64,000 nucleotides of DNA from Massalongia carnosa (taxonomy: Eukaryota). Shown one piece after another: positions 36,623 through 49,808 of the stretch. The stretch is taken from positions 1,922,001 to 1,986,000 of the forward strand of contig OZ287072.1 of the NCBI GenBank assembly GCA_965645245.1. Direction: 5' to 3'. The position numbers and the translations under genes are program-made. The notes under the pieces were generated by a model. The model was not told the DNA's origin. It saw only the letters and a program-made list of their open reading frames with translations, and made no database searches. Within the stretch, counting starts at the first letter, position 1. Each line of letters begins with the position of its first letter.

Positions 36623-38479
36623 GACCAAAGAATTAAGACAAGGCTGTCAGTCAAAGCCTCTGCGTTCCATCGCCATGGACTCGCTACATATATGACTGCG
36701 CATCTGAATGGTCGGGCGGGGAAATGCCAACACGAGCAACGTTTCTGTGTCAGAGCTAACCCGGGACTGGAGTGGCACTAGGACATAAAAAAGATAATTA
36801 TGCGCGGAAGCCTGAAGATTCCGATAATGAAAGCGGCTCTCAGATGTTTTCTGAATCTGCCTCCGTTCAATATTATTCGTTCCCATCTCTCCTAACTTAT
36901 TTTATTAGTATATACTCATCCTACTGTTCTCTATCAGGAGACAAGCTCGTTCACTTATAGAAGAATAGAAAAGCTTTAGACAGGACTACTATTCGTCAAA
37001 GATACTAAAAATGCCGAGGAACACACATCGGCGGCTCGAAATAACAAGCTCTTCAGAGATAACTCGTAGTTCAAGGTTTGCGCAAGAAAATGCCTAGCAA
37101 TTTGCCCGTTTAGGGCGGGCCGAGTAGTCAGAGAAGTATCTATCCGTATCACTAATTAGTTTCCCTTAGGTCTACTACGCCTGGGTTTATGGAGGATTAC
37201 AAACGCCCATAACCGTGAGACAGAATTATGATAGCGCCGCAAGTATCGCGTTTCCGATCGTTCTTACATCAACTCTTCCAAAATTTCTGGACTCGCCATG
37301 CAGTTAAAACGGAGCGAGAAGAGAAGGACTTTAGAAGCTTTCCCGAGGCCGAAGAGCTGTGGAGAGGCTGCGATGTAAAGACTTCCGTTGTTATCTGCGG
37401 GAAGGTTGTCAATAGTCTTGTCAAATAGATCACATTTCATTCTTTCAGTACGATCTCGGATGCAACCTTAACCCCTTCGTCGAATACCAAATACGGGCAG
37501 ATACAGGTGTAGAACAGCCAAAGATAAAGCAGTCATTGATTAACTAGGTTAGTTGTGCACTGCACGGTGGACTCATCAGTGTAGTCCAAGCGTTCGCACT
37601 TATTGAGAGTGCGAAATAAACGACTCGACGATCACCTTTAACAAATCAGATATTCGTTTCTTCCGTCCACTATCAAGGTTCCCACGACAAAAGATGTGGA
37701 AGTTTCTGCAATCGCCTAGACGATGCAACGCAAAACACAGACTGGTAGGTTAATTGAAAGTGACGTTGATGCTGAAATGCATCGAAGGTCTGGATTAATT
37801 TTAGGATTTGCACGAACGAAGCTAACTAACAGGTCTACTTCGGGGTGTTATCCTCGGGGATTCTAGCATACATGTTGACAAAGTGCCGGGTTTTAAAACA
37901 TGCTTATAAAGAGGCATAGAGTGTGATACTGATTTTCATGAATCCTAAGTGTTAGAATTAGCACGGTACACCCTCAAGGTTTGAAAATTCCGTTAGTCAC
38001 TATTGGAGTGTGGGATTAAGGGTTTTGACACCAATAACTGAGGTTTGAGTACCTCCAAGAAGAATATCTAGAAATCCATAAAAGATTAAGGCAAGAAAGC
38101 AGAAATATTGATTAACAATATAGGTATGTCGGATGATAACGAAGAATCAATGCAAGAGCAAAGGAGCCCATTTTTGACAATGTGTAATCTAAGAAAGGTT
38201 GTAAAACTGGCGGTGGCAGGTGGCTAGAAGTCGCCATAGGTAAAGCTACGATCGCGCTTAGCGCCAGCAATACTTAAATGTGACACAATACCTCTCCATC
38301 CATTACAGTTGCGCCGGGAAATTTGCCTCCCATAACCTTCTTCCAATCATATGAAGACGGTCAAGATGCTCTCCTAAAGTGTGATTGGTCATGCCATCCC
38401 GCTGTATGAACCAGCTCCGAGTATTTCCTTGCATGATTGGCCACGAAGGCACCGAATTCCTTGAAGTCCTCTTCAAAAT

Positions 38480-40162
38480 GCTAACTGACCTTCACGTCAC
38501 CTCTCGTCTCAACTCCTACATCGATCTTACCCCGCCTGTCATCTCTTTCGCTGAGCTGATATCTAAGTGAAAGATATATAAAAGATGGCTTCACGGTCTT
38601 TGGAGAAAACCACTCGAAATCTGGGGTAAAGTAGTGTACTGTCAAGCTTTGGAATGGCGGTCCTGATTTCCACTTCCGCATAGCGTGAAAAATAACGAGT
38701 TTAGTTTTACATTCGGCTTCGAAGGTCAAAGTTGTAGTAGTTGTGCAATTTGGTTTTATGTTCAAGGTCAAGTCATGAAGAGCCGAGAATGATACAAGAG
38801 GAGTCTGAAGAAGTTATGTCAGCTTAATACATTATGACCAAAACAGGTTCGAGTTTTGCTACCCAGTCCCAATTCCACCGGACATCTATATTCAGGGATG
38901 AAATGCACGGATATAGGTGGAACAGCTTCCATAATTGAGAGGTTTGCCAAGTGGCGTCTGAATTTCCGTCCCTTTCATTATGCCCGATATGGTACTCTAG
39001 GAACCTCAGATTAGGGCCATATGGAGAGAAAAGGTTCGATGAAACACCCAGGGACGATAGTAATGCAGGATCAATCGTATCTTGTTTTTGGCGCAGGTCT
39101 GTGATGTAGAGCTCCTCGATTTGTGGATAATCTGTTGCAAATCTCCAAAACTGGTAGTCGCGAAAGAGTGTGACTTTCAAAACTCGAAGAGCTGGAAGCT
39201 CCACAAGATAGGAATACAAATTTAAACCGAGGCCCGGGATTTTTGCTTATCGCTGTTTTGGATATCCAAGCATCGGATTTTTGTGCAATTGATCCCATTC
39301 AAGATTTGTTGTGTAGCGATCCACAGATACCTGAAACCTGTAAATTTTACCTCTTCTAAAATAGGAAAGTAGTCGTAGTCCTGATTTGGTTTTGCAGGAA
39401 CCCAATGAGATGCTTGTTGAGAGTAGTCTTGTTCAATGGTAACATCAAGCACCCGGAGGTACGGACTTTCTAGCATCACATTCCGAAGGGCTAGAATAGA
39501 ACTGAGGTATAATCGTTTATGTAGCACTTGGAGTGATCTCAAGGTCGGAGGGAACGAAAGGGAGCATAATGTACCCATGTGGACCACATGTAGATGAAAA
39601 GAAGACTGTTGAACCTAGAGAGATTTCAGGAAATCTTCCAAGCGCCGATCATAAGCCAGCCATCTATATTTCTCGTTTGCTGTAAGTTCACATTCGCGAC
39701 TTCTGCAGGTCAAACATTCTAGGTATCTAAGGTCTCGTCGTACGGAGAATTGCGATAGAAAAATAGTAAGAGATGTAAGACTTACTTGAAAGAAGCTAGT
39801 TTTTGGACATGAGAAACAGCCTTGAGGACCTCTGGCTTGTATCCCTTCCGGCCCGTAAACTCCAGATTCAGAATTCTCAATTCTTTAACAAAAAATCGCA
39901 ATGGATCTTGCGGATCGGTTAACCGTCTAATCACGCACTGAGTGGACAAACTCCGACTCCGAGAAGAGTAGTCGATATCTATAGTCCGGTGGATGAATGG
40001 ATCAGCAAGAATACGAAAACGGTGAGAGGTATGATGTAAAGCCAGGAGTGAGAGGGGCGAGACCTGGCTTGTATTAGCATATCCTCGCACCGGCACAGAG
40101 TAGCTTACAAGGTGGAGAACGATATCGAGAAGTTCGTTTGGGAGAGAAGAAAAGTTTGCCAT
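38480..40162 (-). pseudogene. F-box/LRR-like protein, probably pseudogenised
   Basis: N-terminal F-box-like FSSLPNELLDIVLHL; LRxL repeats downstream; in-frame TAG stops near 39615-39670 and a frameshift in an A-run near 39240. The 3' end is uncertain. Confidence 0.6.
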
Positions 40163-40917
40163 GAACAGTATGTTATCAAAAAAATGGCATAAACCAGTAG
40201 AAATCCGAGAATAAAAAATAAATACCGCCTCAAAAGGATTGATTAGGGGTGATCTTGATCCGTCTCAAAAGCATGATGGAGTGTTCGTCGAAGAAGCTTC
40301 GCTTCACGACAAATGATTCAAAGCCACCGAACAGATACAACGGCCTGTTGAACAGGGTGGGCTATCTAGTTAGTTTGCACGGTGAAAGACAGAAGGCTTC
40401 CATCAGAATCGAAGGCGAATGGTGTCTCACAGGTTGGTTCTTTATATCAGATTGAAGACTCGATATTTATTCAGGATGCTCGGCCTATCCTCTCTTCACG
40501 AGTTCTCGCATGAATGAAGACTACATAATCCATCACCAGCTACCAGCACTTTGGACAACCAAAGACCATTTTCTTATTTAGGTATCCTTCGTCTCTCTTC
40601 AACATCATCGCGAACCACATGGATGAAGTTAACTAATAAACAGAAACCTGAATACCTACCCAGTTTTCTCACAATGAGCTTGCGTTGCCTTTGTTTTGCG
40701 TCAAATAGCCGCAGACAAAGACAGGGAGCATACCAGTGAGCAGAAGGGCGTATCCCATTACCATTTTAGTCGTTTTGCCGCAGTAAATTTTAGCGCATTA
40801 CAACTGGAGTAAATACGAGTAGCCTTAAGGGCAATACGCCGAATTTCTGTAAAAAGAATTCCTCAGGATTTGTTAAGAAACTCAGTACTGCAATAAAACT
40901 CTTCTCCGAATTAAAAA

Positions 40918-43007
40918 ATGCCCAAAGATCACAAGCAACGAGGGCGTCGAGAGGGAAAGAAACGAAAGCGTCAGGAAGATGATCTGTCTGTTACTTTGAA
41001 ACGACTAAAGTCTGAGGATATCGATATACGTAGTGATGGCAATGAAGACCATAGAAGTGATGGTCCTGACTCTAATGTGCCCTCTATTGAAATTCCTTTT
41101 TATGGTCTACTTGATGAGGGTGAGCAAGAGTACTTCAAGAGAGCAGACTCTATGCTCGAGCTAGATCAATTCAACGATGCTGAGGAGCGGACCCTTTTTG
41201 TCAATAGTGTCTACCAAGAAGCCCGTGGGAAAGAACTGAAAATTGTCAACAGCCAGTCTTGCTCAAGGCTAATGGAGCGATTGATCATGATGTCAACCGC
41301 CGACCAACTAAAATCCCTATTTCAGAAACTTAGCGGACAGTAAGGAAGTCTGCACAAATTGTGCAACTACTCACTAACTGCTGCAGCTTCCTTCATCTAG
41401 CCCAACATAGATTCGCGTCTCATTGCTGCGAGACCTTGTTCCTACAATGTGCGCCTCTTGTCACTCAAGAGCTCTTGGCGCCTTTAAGAGGAGAGCAACA
41501 AGCTAGCATAGAAGGAGAAGCCTTTGTGACGATGGAGAATCTCTTTCTCTACACGTTGAACGAGCTGGAAAACAATCTTGGGTTTTTGATAACAGATCCA
41601 TTTGCGTCGCATACTTTACGAGTGCTTCTTCTTGTACTGTCTGGACGACCGCTTGCGGATGTAAATACGACCGCACTGCTTCAAAGCAAGAAGAAGGAAA
41701 ACGTGTCCATATTAGTTGGAACTCTAAGCATCTCGGAAATGAGAACAATGTCGCGAACGGTCCCAGAATCATTTGGGTTGGCTGTCGAGAAGATAATCTT
41801 TAGGTCCGTGGCAGGCCTCGACACAACATATTTACGAGCTTTGGCAACTCACCCAGTTGCAAATCCAGTTCTCCAGTTTCTGTTAGTTTTAGAGCTCTCG
41901 AGCTCTGGAAAGCAAAAGGCGAAGGACCCTAGATCGTTGTTTCGAAAACTTATCCCAGAGGATTCGCCTGAACTAGACTCAAGTACGACATCATTCATTA
42001 ACAACTTAGCTTATGATACCGTTGGCTCACGTTTGCTGGAGGCGATCATAAAACATGCCCCGGGAAAAAGCTTCAAGATGTTGTATGGAACAATATTCGG
42101 TGATAAAATAGGAATCCTTGCCAAAAACGACGTTGCTGGGTTTATAGTTATCAAATTCCTCGAGCGACTAAGCAAAGAGGATCTGCACTCTGCAACGGAG
42201 CAAATAGGGCCTTTTATTGGTTTTTTGCTTCAGCGTTCAAGAACCTCGATTATAAAGACTTTGATTGAAAGATGCCGAATACGAGACGTGGACGTTCAGC
42301 CAATATCTGATGCAATTGTGCAAGCTTACGGCTCCAATGCTTCACATAGACTAATGGAAATGTTGAGATTAGATACGAGTAACACAGATGGTATGGCAGA
42401 AGATCGCAAGAGGCAAGTAGAGAAACAAGATGCAGCGAAAGTGCATGGATCTCTACTTGCTCAGTCCATGTTGGATACACCAGGAGTACTGCGTGGACTC
42501 ATCACGGATGGCTTACTGACAATGGATATCACTACGCTTATAATCGTCGCGAAAGATCGTTCAGCAAGCCGCATGCTACAATGCTCGCTGGCAGTTTCCG
42601 AGGAAAGTTTGAAATATCGGCGAGTGTTAGTACAACGCTTCTTTGGCCATATAACAGAGCTAGCTACCGATACGATAGCCTCCCACGTGGTAGATGAGTT
42701 TTGGACTGCTTCCAAGGGACTAAAATTTATTAGGGAACAGATCGCAGCCGAGCTTTTCAAGAACGAAGCTATAATCAGAGATTCATTCTCTGGACGGGCA
42801 GTGTGGAAGAATTGGAAGATGGACATTTACAAGACGAAAAGGCGTGACTGGATGTTCGGGGCCAAAGAAGCAGGAGATTCCAAAACCGGACTTGAGCTTG
42901 CAAGGGAGAGATTTGCTTCAACAGCAAGAATTAAGGGTCAGAACATCGAATCCAGGCTAAAGAAATCAACATCATCTAGAGCCAATGACAATACTGTTGG
43001 TTCCTGA
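40918..43007 (+). CDS. NOP9: Nucleolar protein 9 (Pumilio-like repeat 18S maturation factor)
   Basis: MPKDHKQRGRR, FYGLLDEGEQEYFK, GKELKIVNSQSCSRLMERL, HRFASHCCETLF, GRAVWKNW; intron 41340-41386. Confidence 0.9.
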
Positions 43008-43204
43008 TCAGAAGTTTAGCGGCTCAGTAGCGGAAGCTTATGCAAGGGTTGCTGATTGATGACGAATTTCACTCTGCATGGTAAATCTTTCTAGTCAAGC
43101 ACGACATTATTTTGAGATTTTTGTACTTGCAGAATCTGCGTTACCACCGATACAGCCCTGACACAGACAAATATTTCCCCAAACTAAGACTTAAAAAAAT
43201 TGAA

Positions 43205-44804
43205 ATGGCAAACAATAATATAAGAAATCGCGCTGATGACGTTTCAGCTGTTCGTATACTCTCTTATAAAATTTTCACAAGTTATGTATTCATCAATGTT
43301 GCTAATCTAATCTTGATAGTTACTCTCCGCTGTGCAAGATCTGTTGATCCCTTTCATACGTTCTGCAGATGAAGATGTTGGTGCCAAAAAGTCCGGTCAT
43401 GGTCACCAAACCAGAGGTGGTGGACCTCGTACGGTGCTCGTCGAGCACCACAAACCCCAGAAGCTAGCACAGCTCCTGGATCTGAAGTTGCCGGATACTA
43501 GCCTTGGACGAGAAGGCTTCTTACAGATGGTGGAAAAGATCCTTCAATATTCAGTTAACACTTGGGACCAAGGTTTCATGGACAAACTATGTGCTTCAAC
43601 AGACGCACCAGGTGTAGCATCCGAACTGGTCCTTGCTGTTCTCAACACAAACTTGCATGTTTATCAAGTCTCGCCCGCCTTGACAATCATTGAAAAGACG
43701 ACTTCGCGCACCCTGGCAAAGCTATTTGGCTTCTCCGGGCCTCATGCCGGTGGAATATCGGTTCAAGGTGGTTCGGCCGCGAATACGACATCGATAGTCA
43801 TCGCCCGCAATACTCTATTCCCCGATACGAAAGAACTCGGCAACTCGGCGCAAGGTCGTAAACTCGTTCTCTTCACCAGCGCTCACGGTCATTACAGTAT
43901 CGAAAAAGCAGCTCAAATGCTTGGGCTTGGTAGCTCCGCCGTTTGGTCTGTTGATACCGATCCCACCGGGCGCATGATCCCATCTGAGCTCTCGGCCCAA
44001 GTTGAAAAAGCAAAGGCCACAGGCTTAACCCCGTTTTACCTGAACGCCACGGCTGGTACTACCGTCCTAGGCTCCTATGACCAGATTGCCCCTCTTGCAT
44101 CCATCTGCTCCACTCACTCCCTTTGGCTGCACGTCGACGCCTCTTGGGGTGGCCCAGCGATTTTCTCCCCGACTCATGCGCCTAAGCTCGCTGGCTCTCA
44201 TCTCGCCAACTCGATTGCCATCAATCCCCACAAAATGATGGGTGTCCCTATCACTTGCTCCTTCCTCCTCGGCGCTGATATTCGTAAGTTTCATATCTCA
44301 AACACTCTCCCCGCCTCCTATCTCTTCCATGATGCCCCGGCAACTCCTGCCGACTTCTACGATCTTGCCGACCTTACACTACAGTGCGGCCGCCGGGGCG
44401 ATAGTCTTAAACTCGCCCTTAGCTGGATCTATCACGGGATGGATGGCTATGCGGCCCAGATCGACCACGCCTTCTCGACCGCCTCTTATCTCGCTTCCTT
44501 AGTATCTGAGCATCCGGACCTCGTCCTTGTGTCAGAAAACCCGCCGCCCTGCCTTCAGGTATGTTTTTACTTTGCGCCGGGAGGAGAGCTGCGCGACAGT
44601 CCAGAGAAGAACTCTGCGGTTACGGCGCGAATGGCGGCGAGGTTAGTTGATAGGGGGTTCATGGTTGATTATGCAAAGGGGGAACGAGGGGCATTCTTGA
44701 GGGCGGTGGTTAGCAGAGACACAAGCCATGGGACGGTAGAGAGGTTAGTGAGCGCTGTTGTGGAGGTTGGACACAAAGTTTGGGAACAAGTGGGGAAAGT
44801 TTAA
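43205..44804 (+). CDS. Group II PLP-dependent decarboxylase (glutamate/cysteine-sulfinate decarboxylase-like)
   Basis: YSVNTWDQGFMDKL, HYSIEKAA, ATAGTTVLGSYD, WLHVDASWGG, NPHK (PLP lysine), TLQCGRR; intron 43250-43319. Confidence 0.9.
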
Positions 44805-45708
44805 TGGATGCGGCCATTGCGGGCGATGCTTTGGAGGTACTGACCGAAGCGTTTGAGAAACGACTGGGTTTATTTTTGCCACCAGCGCTCAGCAGCAAGA
44901 GCAAGATAAAGGCGCTGTTCGGTGTTCCTTCCGTTATCGCTTTTTCATTGATTAGCGTCCATCAAAGAATCCCCAAGAAATACGTCATTCCACGAACCAG
45001 CGGCGGAAACGCGTTCAGCGACCTCTCATTTTGTATCAGGAATTGTCAATAACAGCAATATCAAGGAAAGAAAAGGATACATGTAATGCTCGCTCCTGTG
45101 AAATTCAAGCTGCTTGGGGAACTAGGTTTCCCGGTCAGGTCACGCGAGTGACGAAGCAGGCCAAACCCTCGCGGTTTGCATTCCTTGTCATCTCCTGGCA
45201 GGCAGGTCTAAGTTAGGTGCTCTGTAAGTAGGTACCTAGTTCTCGGCTAGTCATGCTTAGGAATCAGGTTAGGTACCTATTTAAAAGCATTCTCCAACCC
45301 TCGAAATGATCAGATAACACTCCGAGGCCTAGCCGGTGTTCTGGCCTCCAGCGGGGTAAAACAGCAATATACAAAAAATACACTAGCTTAGCTACCTTAG
45401 GCAGCGGCTAAGCCATTTACGATATACCACGTGCGGTAATACGGTCGAAATGCGCCAAAGACGCTAAAACTCCACCGAAATCGCTAGAGTAGGTATTGCC
45501 GTGGTGGAGTCTTAGGTTCCACAAACTATCAGCGGGGGTGGCTTGCCGGGCTTTTCGCTAGCTGGTTTCGAGTTAGCCTTGCCTAAGGAGAGCGACTTTA
45601 CCGGTTACAAGAGTCGGAAGAGCATCCGACAATGTATGGGCAGATGCCGCGAAGAGCTTGGACCTCCGAGAACGTTAAACCGCCTCTCGCAGTTGTACGT
45701 TCGATCCA

Positions 45709-48449
45709 ATGGCAACACCAACCAAGCGGAGGAAGCCGAACAACTACAAGTCGTCCCCACCGGCAGTAGTCGGCAGCTTGGATTTCTTCTTTGGGAAGCA
45801 GAAAAAAGCGACTTGCTCCAGTTCTAACGCCCACACCGTGGATGGCGTCAACCAAGAAAGCTTTGTTGCGGATTCTACTTTACAGGACGAAAACATTGGC
45901 AAGGATGCTAGAGACCAGACCTTAACGGACGAAGAATTTGCGCGCAAATTGCAGTTGGAGTGGGATCGGGAAGGCAGAGATCACAACAATGATGATGGTG
46001 CGGTAAAAGGGATTGTAAGTAAGGCGGGCTTTACGGAGGATGATGTAGAAAGCTCCAACAACCTAAATCCAAGAAGCCAAGTAGAGTTCCAGGATAGATT
46101 TCGAGAAGTTGCAACACAGGATATCCCTGCATCGAAGACTGGAGAGGCCCCAGAATCCCCCAAACCAGACACTCTAGCTTTGCAATCGGTTACATCAACC
46201 GGAGATACCATCTCTTCTACCATACCTTTTGACGAAAGTCCACTGACGTTTGATCCTTCGGAGTACCTTCCTGATCTCAAAAACCACTGGGCGAAAGAAG
46301 GTGGAGATGCCTCGTATGGGTTACTCACGCGATGCTTTGTCCTTGTCAATAGCACCCAGAGTCGCATCAGGATTGTGGATACCTTGGTGAACTTCTTGAG
46401 GATCATCATCGAAGGAGATCCTGCAAGTGTGCTACCTGCGGTGAATATCTTCCAGCATGTGTGGCGCTATGTATATTGAACCATCAATAGGTCTGGCTGG
46501 CTACGAATGCGATCTCGCCACCCTACATATCGTTAGAGCTTGGCCTGGGTGGCTCGGCTATCTCGAAAGCCCTCAAGAAAATGTGTGGCCTTGACAACGC
46601 TGGTTTGAAGGCTCTGTATGACAAGCACGGAGACGCGGGAGACGTTGCTTTTGAAGCCAAGAAACGTCAAAGCTTTACCCTTCGAAAACCAAAGCCACTT
46701 TCTATCAAGGTAGTGTTTCAAAGTCTCGTCAAAGTTGCAAACAGCAAAGGTAACGGAAGTCAAGAAATCAAGCAACGAATCGTTGAGAAACTGTTGCAAG
46801 ACGCTCAAGGCGCGGAGGAGAGTAGATATTTGGTGAGAACTTTAGCACAACATTTACGAATCGGCGCCGTAAAAACCACCATGCTTATCGCCCTATCCCG
46901 AGCATGCCTGCTCTCCAAACCATCCAACACTAACTACTCAACACGACCGCGATCGGAATTGGTAAGACTAAAGAAAGAAGCTCTCGCAGATGTGTATGCC
47001 AAGGGCGAAGAGCTCGTCAAAGCATGTTTTGCTCGCCGGCCGAGTTATAATGACCTTGTCCCATGTTTACTTGAGGTTGGTATATCGGATGAGCTGCTGG
47101 TACGCTGCGGCCTCGCGCTTCACATACCTCTCAGTCCCATGCTGGGAAGCATCACCCGAGATTTGGGAGAGATGCTTACAAAGCTTCAAGGACGTGATTT
47201 TAGCTGTGAATATAAGTACGATGGACAGCGAGCACAGGTACATTGCGACGACAAAGGTAAAGTCTCAATTTTTTCACGCCATTTAGAAGTCATGACAGAC
47301 AAGTACCCTGATCTTGTGGCACTTGTGCCGACGATACGCGGCGAAGGTGTAAGCAGTTTCATACTCGAAGGCGAAGTCGTGGCTGTAGATCAAGAAACCG
47401 GGGAGTTGAAAGCATTTCAGACACTCACGAATCGAGCGAGAAAAGACGTTGCCATTGAATCCATCAAAGTGGATGTGTGCCTGTTTTCGTTTGACCTGAT
47501 GTATTTGAACGGGGAAGAGTTACTTAGTAGGCCATTTCGCGAGCGGCGTGAGCTGCTGCGTAGTCTTTTTGTCGAAATCCCCAATCAGTTCACTTGGGCG
47601 AAGAATATTGACGCCACATCATCCGACTCAGAGACTGTGCTGGAGTTCTTCAAAAGTGCCACGGAAATCAAGTGCGAGGGTATTATGGTCAAGGTCCTCG
47701 ATAATGTCTCCAACCCATCGCTTCCGCTCATCGACAACGAACATCCCGAAGTCGGTGACATGGCCCCACCCACGCCCGCCAAATTCAGCAAGAAGCCGAA
47801 ACACAAATCCAACGCTGCCGAGAAGTCAGACGACAAGGAGAAAGGCACACGACGTAAAGCGTTGCTTGCAACCTATGAGCCCGACAAACGTCTCGATTCT
47901 TGGCTGAAGGTGAAGAAAGATTACAACACCGCGGCCGACACCATCGATCTTATCCCTATTGCCGCTTGGCATGGTCAGGGCCGAAAAGCCAAATGGTGGT
48001 CACCCATCCTCCTCGCCGTGCGGAACCCGGAGATGGGATCGTTGGAAGCGGTCACCAAATGCATCAGTGGGTTCACGGACAAGTTCTACCAAGCCAATAA
48101 GGAGAAGTACGCGGAAGGGAGCGACAACGTTATTGCTCGGCCCAGCTACATCGAATACCACGGCCATCCGGATGTGTGGTTCGCACCGCAGGAAGTGTGG
48201 GAAATGGCGTTTGCCGATATCACGAAAAGTCCGACTTACCTGGCAGCGATGGGGTTGGTCTGTGACGACCGAGGACTCAGCATGCGGTTTCCGCGGTTCC
48301 TGAAAGTCCGGGAGGATAAAGGTATCGACGACGCAAGTACCGCGGAATTTTTGGCGGAGCTGTGGAGAAAGCAAGACGCCAAAGCCCACGCTGGCCCTAA
48401 CGCTAGCCTCCGTATGGCGAATGGGGATGAGGACGAGGAAGATGGATGA
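45709..48449 (+). CDS. ATP-dependent DNA ligase, Cdc9/ligase I family (second, Adl1-like paralog)
   Basis: EYKYDGQRAQ, EGIMVK, WLKVKKDY, MRFPRF; N-terminal UIM-like TDEEFARKLQLEW; intron 46441-46490. Confidence 0.92.
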
Positions 48450-49808
48450 GACCATCCGCCTCGATACGTATACCTTACACGAGCAGGTATCGTTACCCGT
48501 TGACAGCGAACGCATGGCTCGACAGGTTCGCACCAAAGATTCGCACCAAAGACTCGCACGAAATGTCTTTCCAGCGGCCAGCGGGCACGTTCGATGTGCT
48601 TATCCCTGCTGTTTTGGGGGGGATGAACACAGGAAACGTAAACGGTGTCCGAAAACAGTACACGATACACGATACAGGCTAGGCACACCAAACATGGATG
48701 CAAAAGCCGATGAACAAAAGATGGCGTTTTACTTTTCACACGCAACAGTCGAGCCGAGGGGCTTAGCTCAATGGGGGCATGCAAGGAATTAGGTAACACC
48801 CGATGTTTCTCATGCTCTGTGGGGACTGGCGAGGCTGTGGCGGAAGTCTAGGCCAAGTCTAGGCTGGAAAATCCGTTGAGTCTAGTTTGCACGAGTTGAA
48901 ACCCCAGTTCCTTGAACCCCAAATCAGTTGCTTCGTCCGAAGAATGCCAATGCGGTGATCGAGTCGTGTCTCCCAAACCCGTAATTGTGTAGTCAGGTCC
49001 TCGGTACAGACGTACGCTGTACGGTACAGTACATGACCGTTTCCCCCTCGAAACACCATCAACTTACCCACACATACATACACATACCCACACAGACACC
49101 AACACCCATCACCCCCATCTCCCCCTTCTCTCTCCCCCCATGTGGCATACCTAGTAACGAGCATTTATGTTCTTGTCGTCGGCCTGGATTTGATACGGGA
49201 GGAAGAAGGAAAGGAAAGGAAAAACAAGAAATCCACCAATCCGCTTCCTGTCACCTCTCCCTTCCTGTCAACCCCTTCACCGGCCTTCAATCTCTCGCTT
49301 TGCTTTTTCGCCTGGCTTTGTATTGCCGACATCACTCCCCAAAACCCACCACCCCTCCATCCTCTCCCTACCACCCAAGTCGCATGCCATTGCCACCCCC
49401 CCCTTCCCCCCCCCCCCCCCCCCCCGGGTAATGCTTCGCTACCGTGGGACTACCCAACACGCTGCGTTTTGAGTCGCATCCCGTCTTACACGACGACGAA
49501 ACACTTTCGCATGTAGAAGAGAAAGGCATTGTTACCCATAGCCATCTCCACTCGAGCCTCGTGCTGTTGGACTACTGAGGGTCTCGACGCATACCCCAGC
49601 TGGTCGGTCGGCAAATCGACGCTCCACCGCTCTATCCCATTTCCCGCTTCAGACCCTTTTGGCTCCTTCGGTCGACAGACTGGCGAAAAGATCATTAGAA
49701 ACTAGCAACGACGAGAGAAATGTCCTGCAGGGTTGGTCCACAGCTTCAAAGTAGACCTAGCGCAGAGTATAAATCGCGATTGGAGCCTCGCTGCTCCCAG
49801 AGGCTGCG

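Noticed and set aside
48985..49516. Upstream ORFs or an extra coding exon of wc-1
   Set aside because: Poly-C low complexity; a 5' UTR intron or uORF is possible but cannot be supported without transcripts
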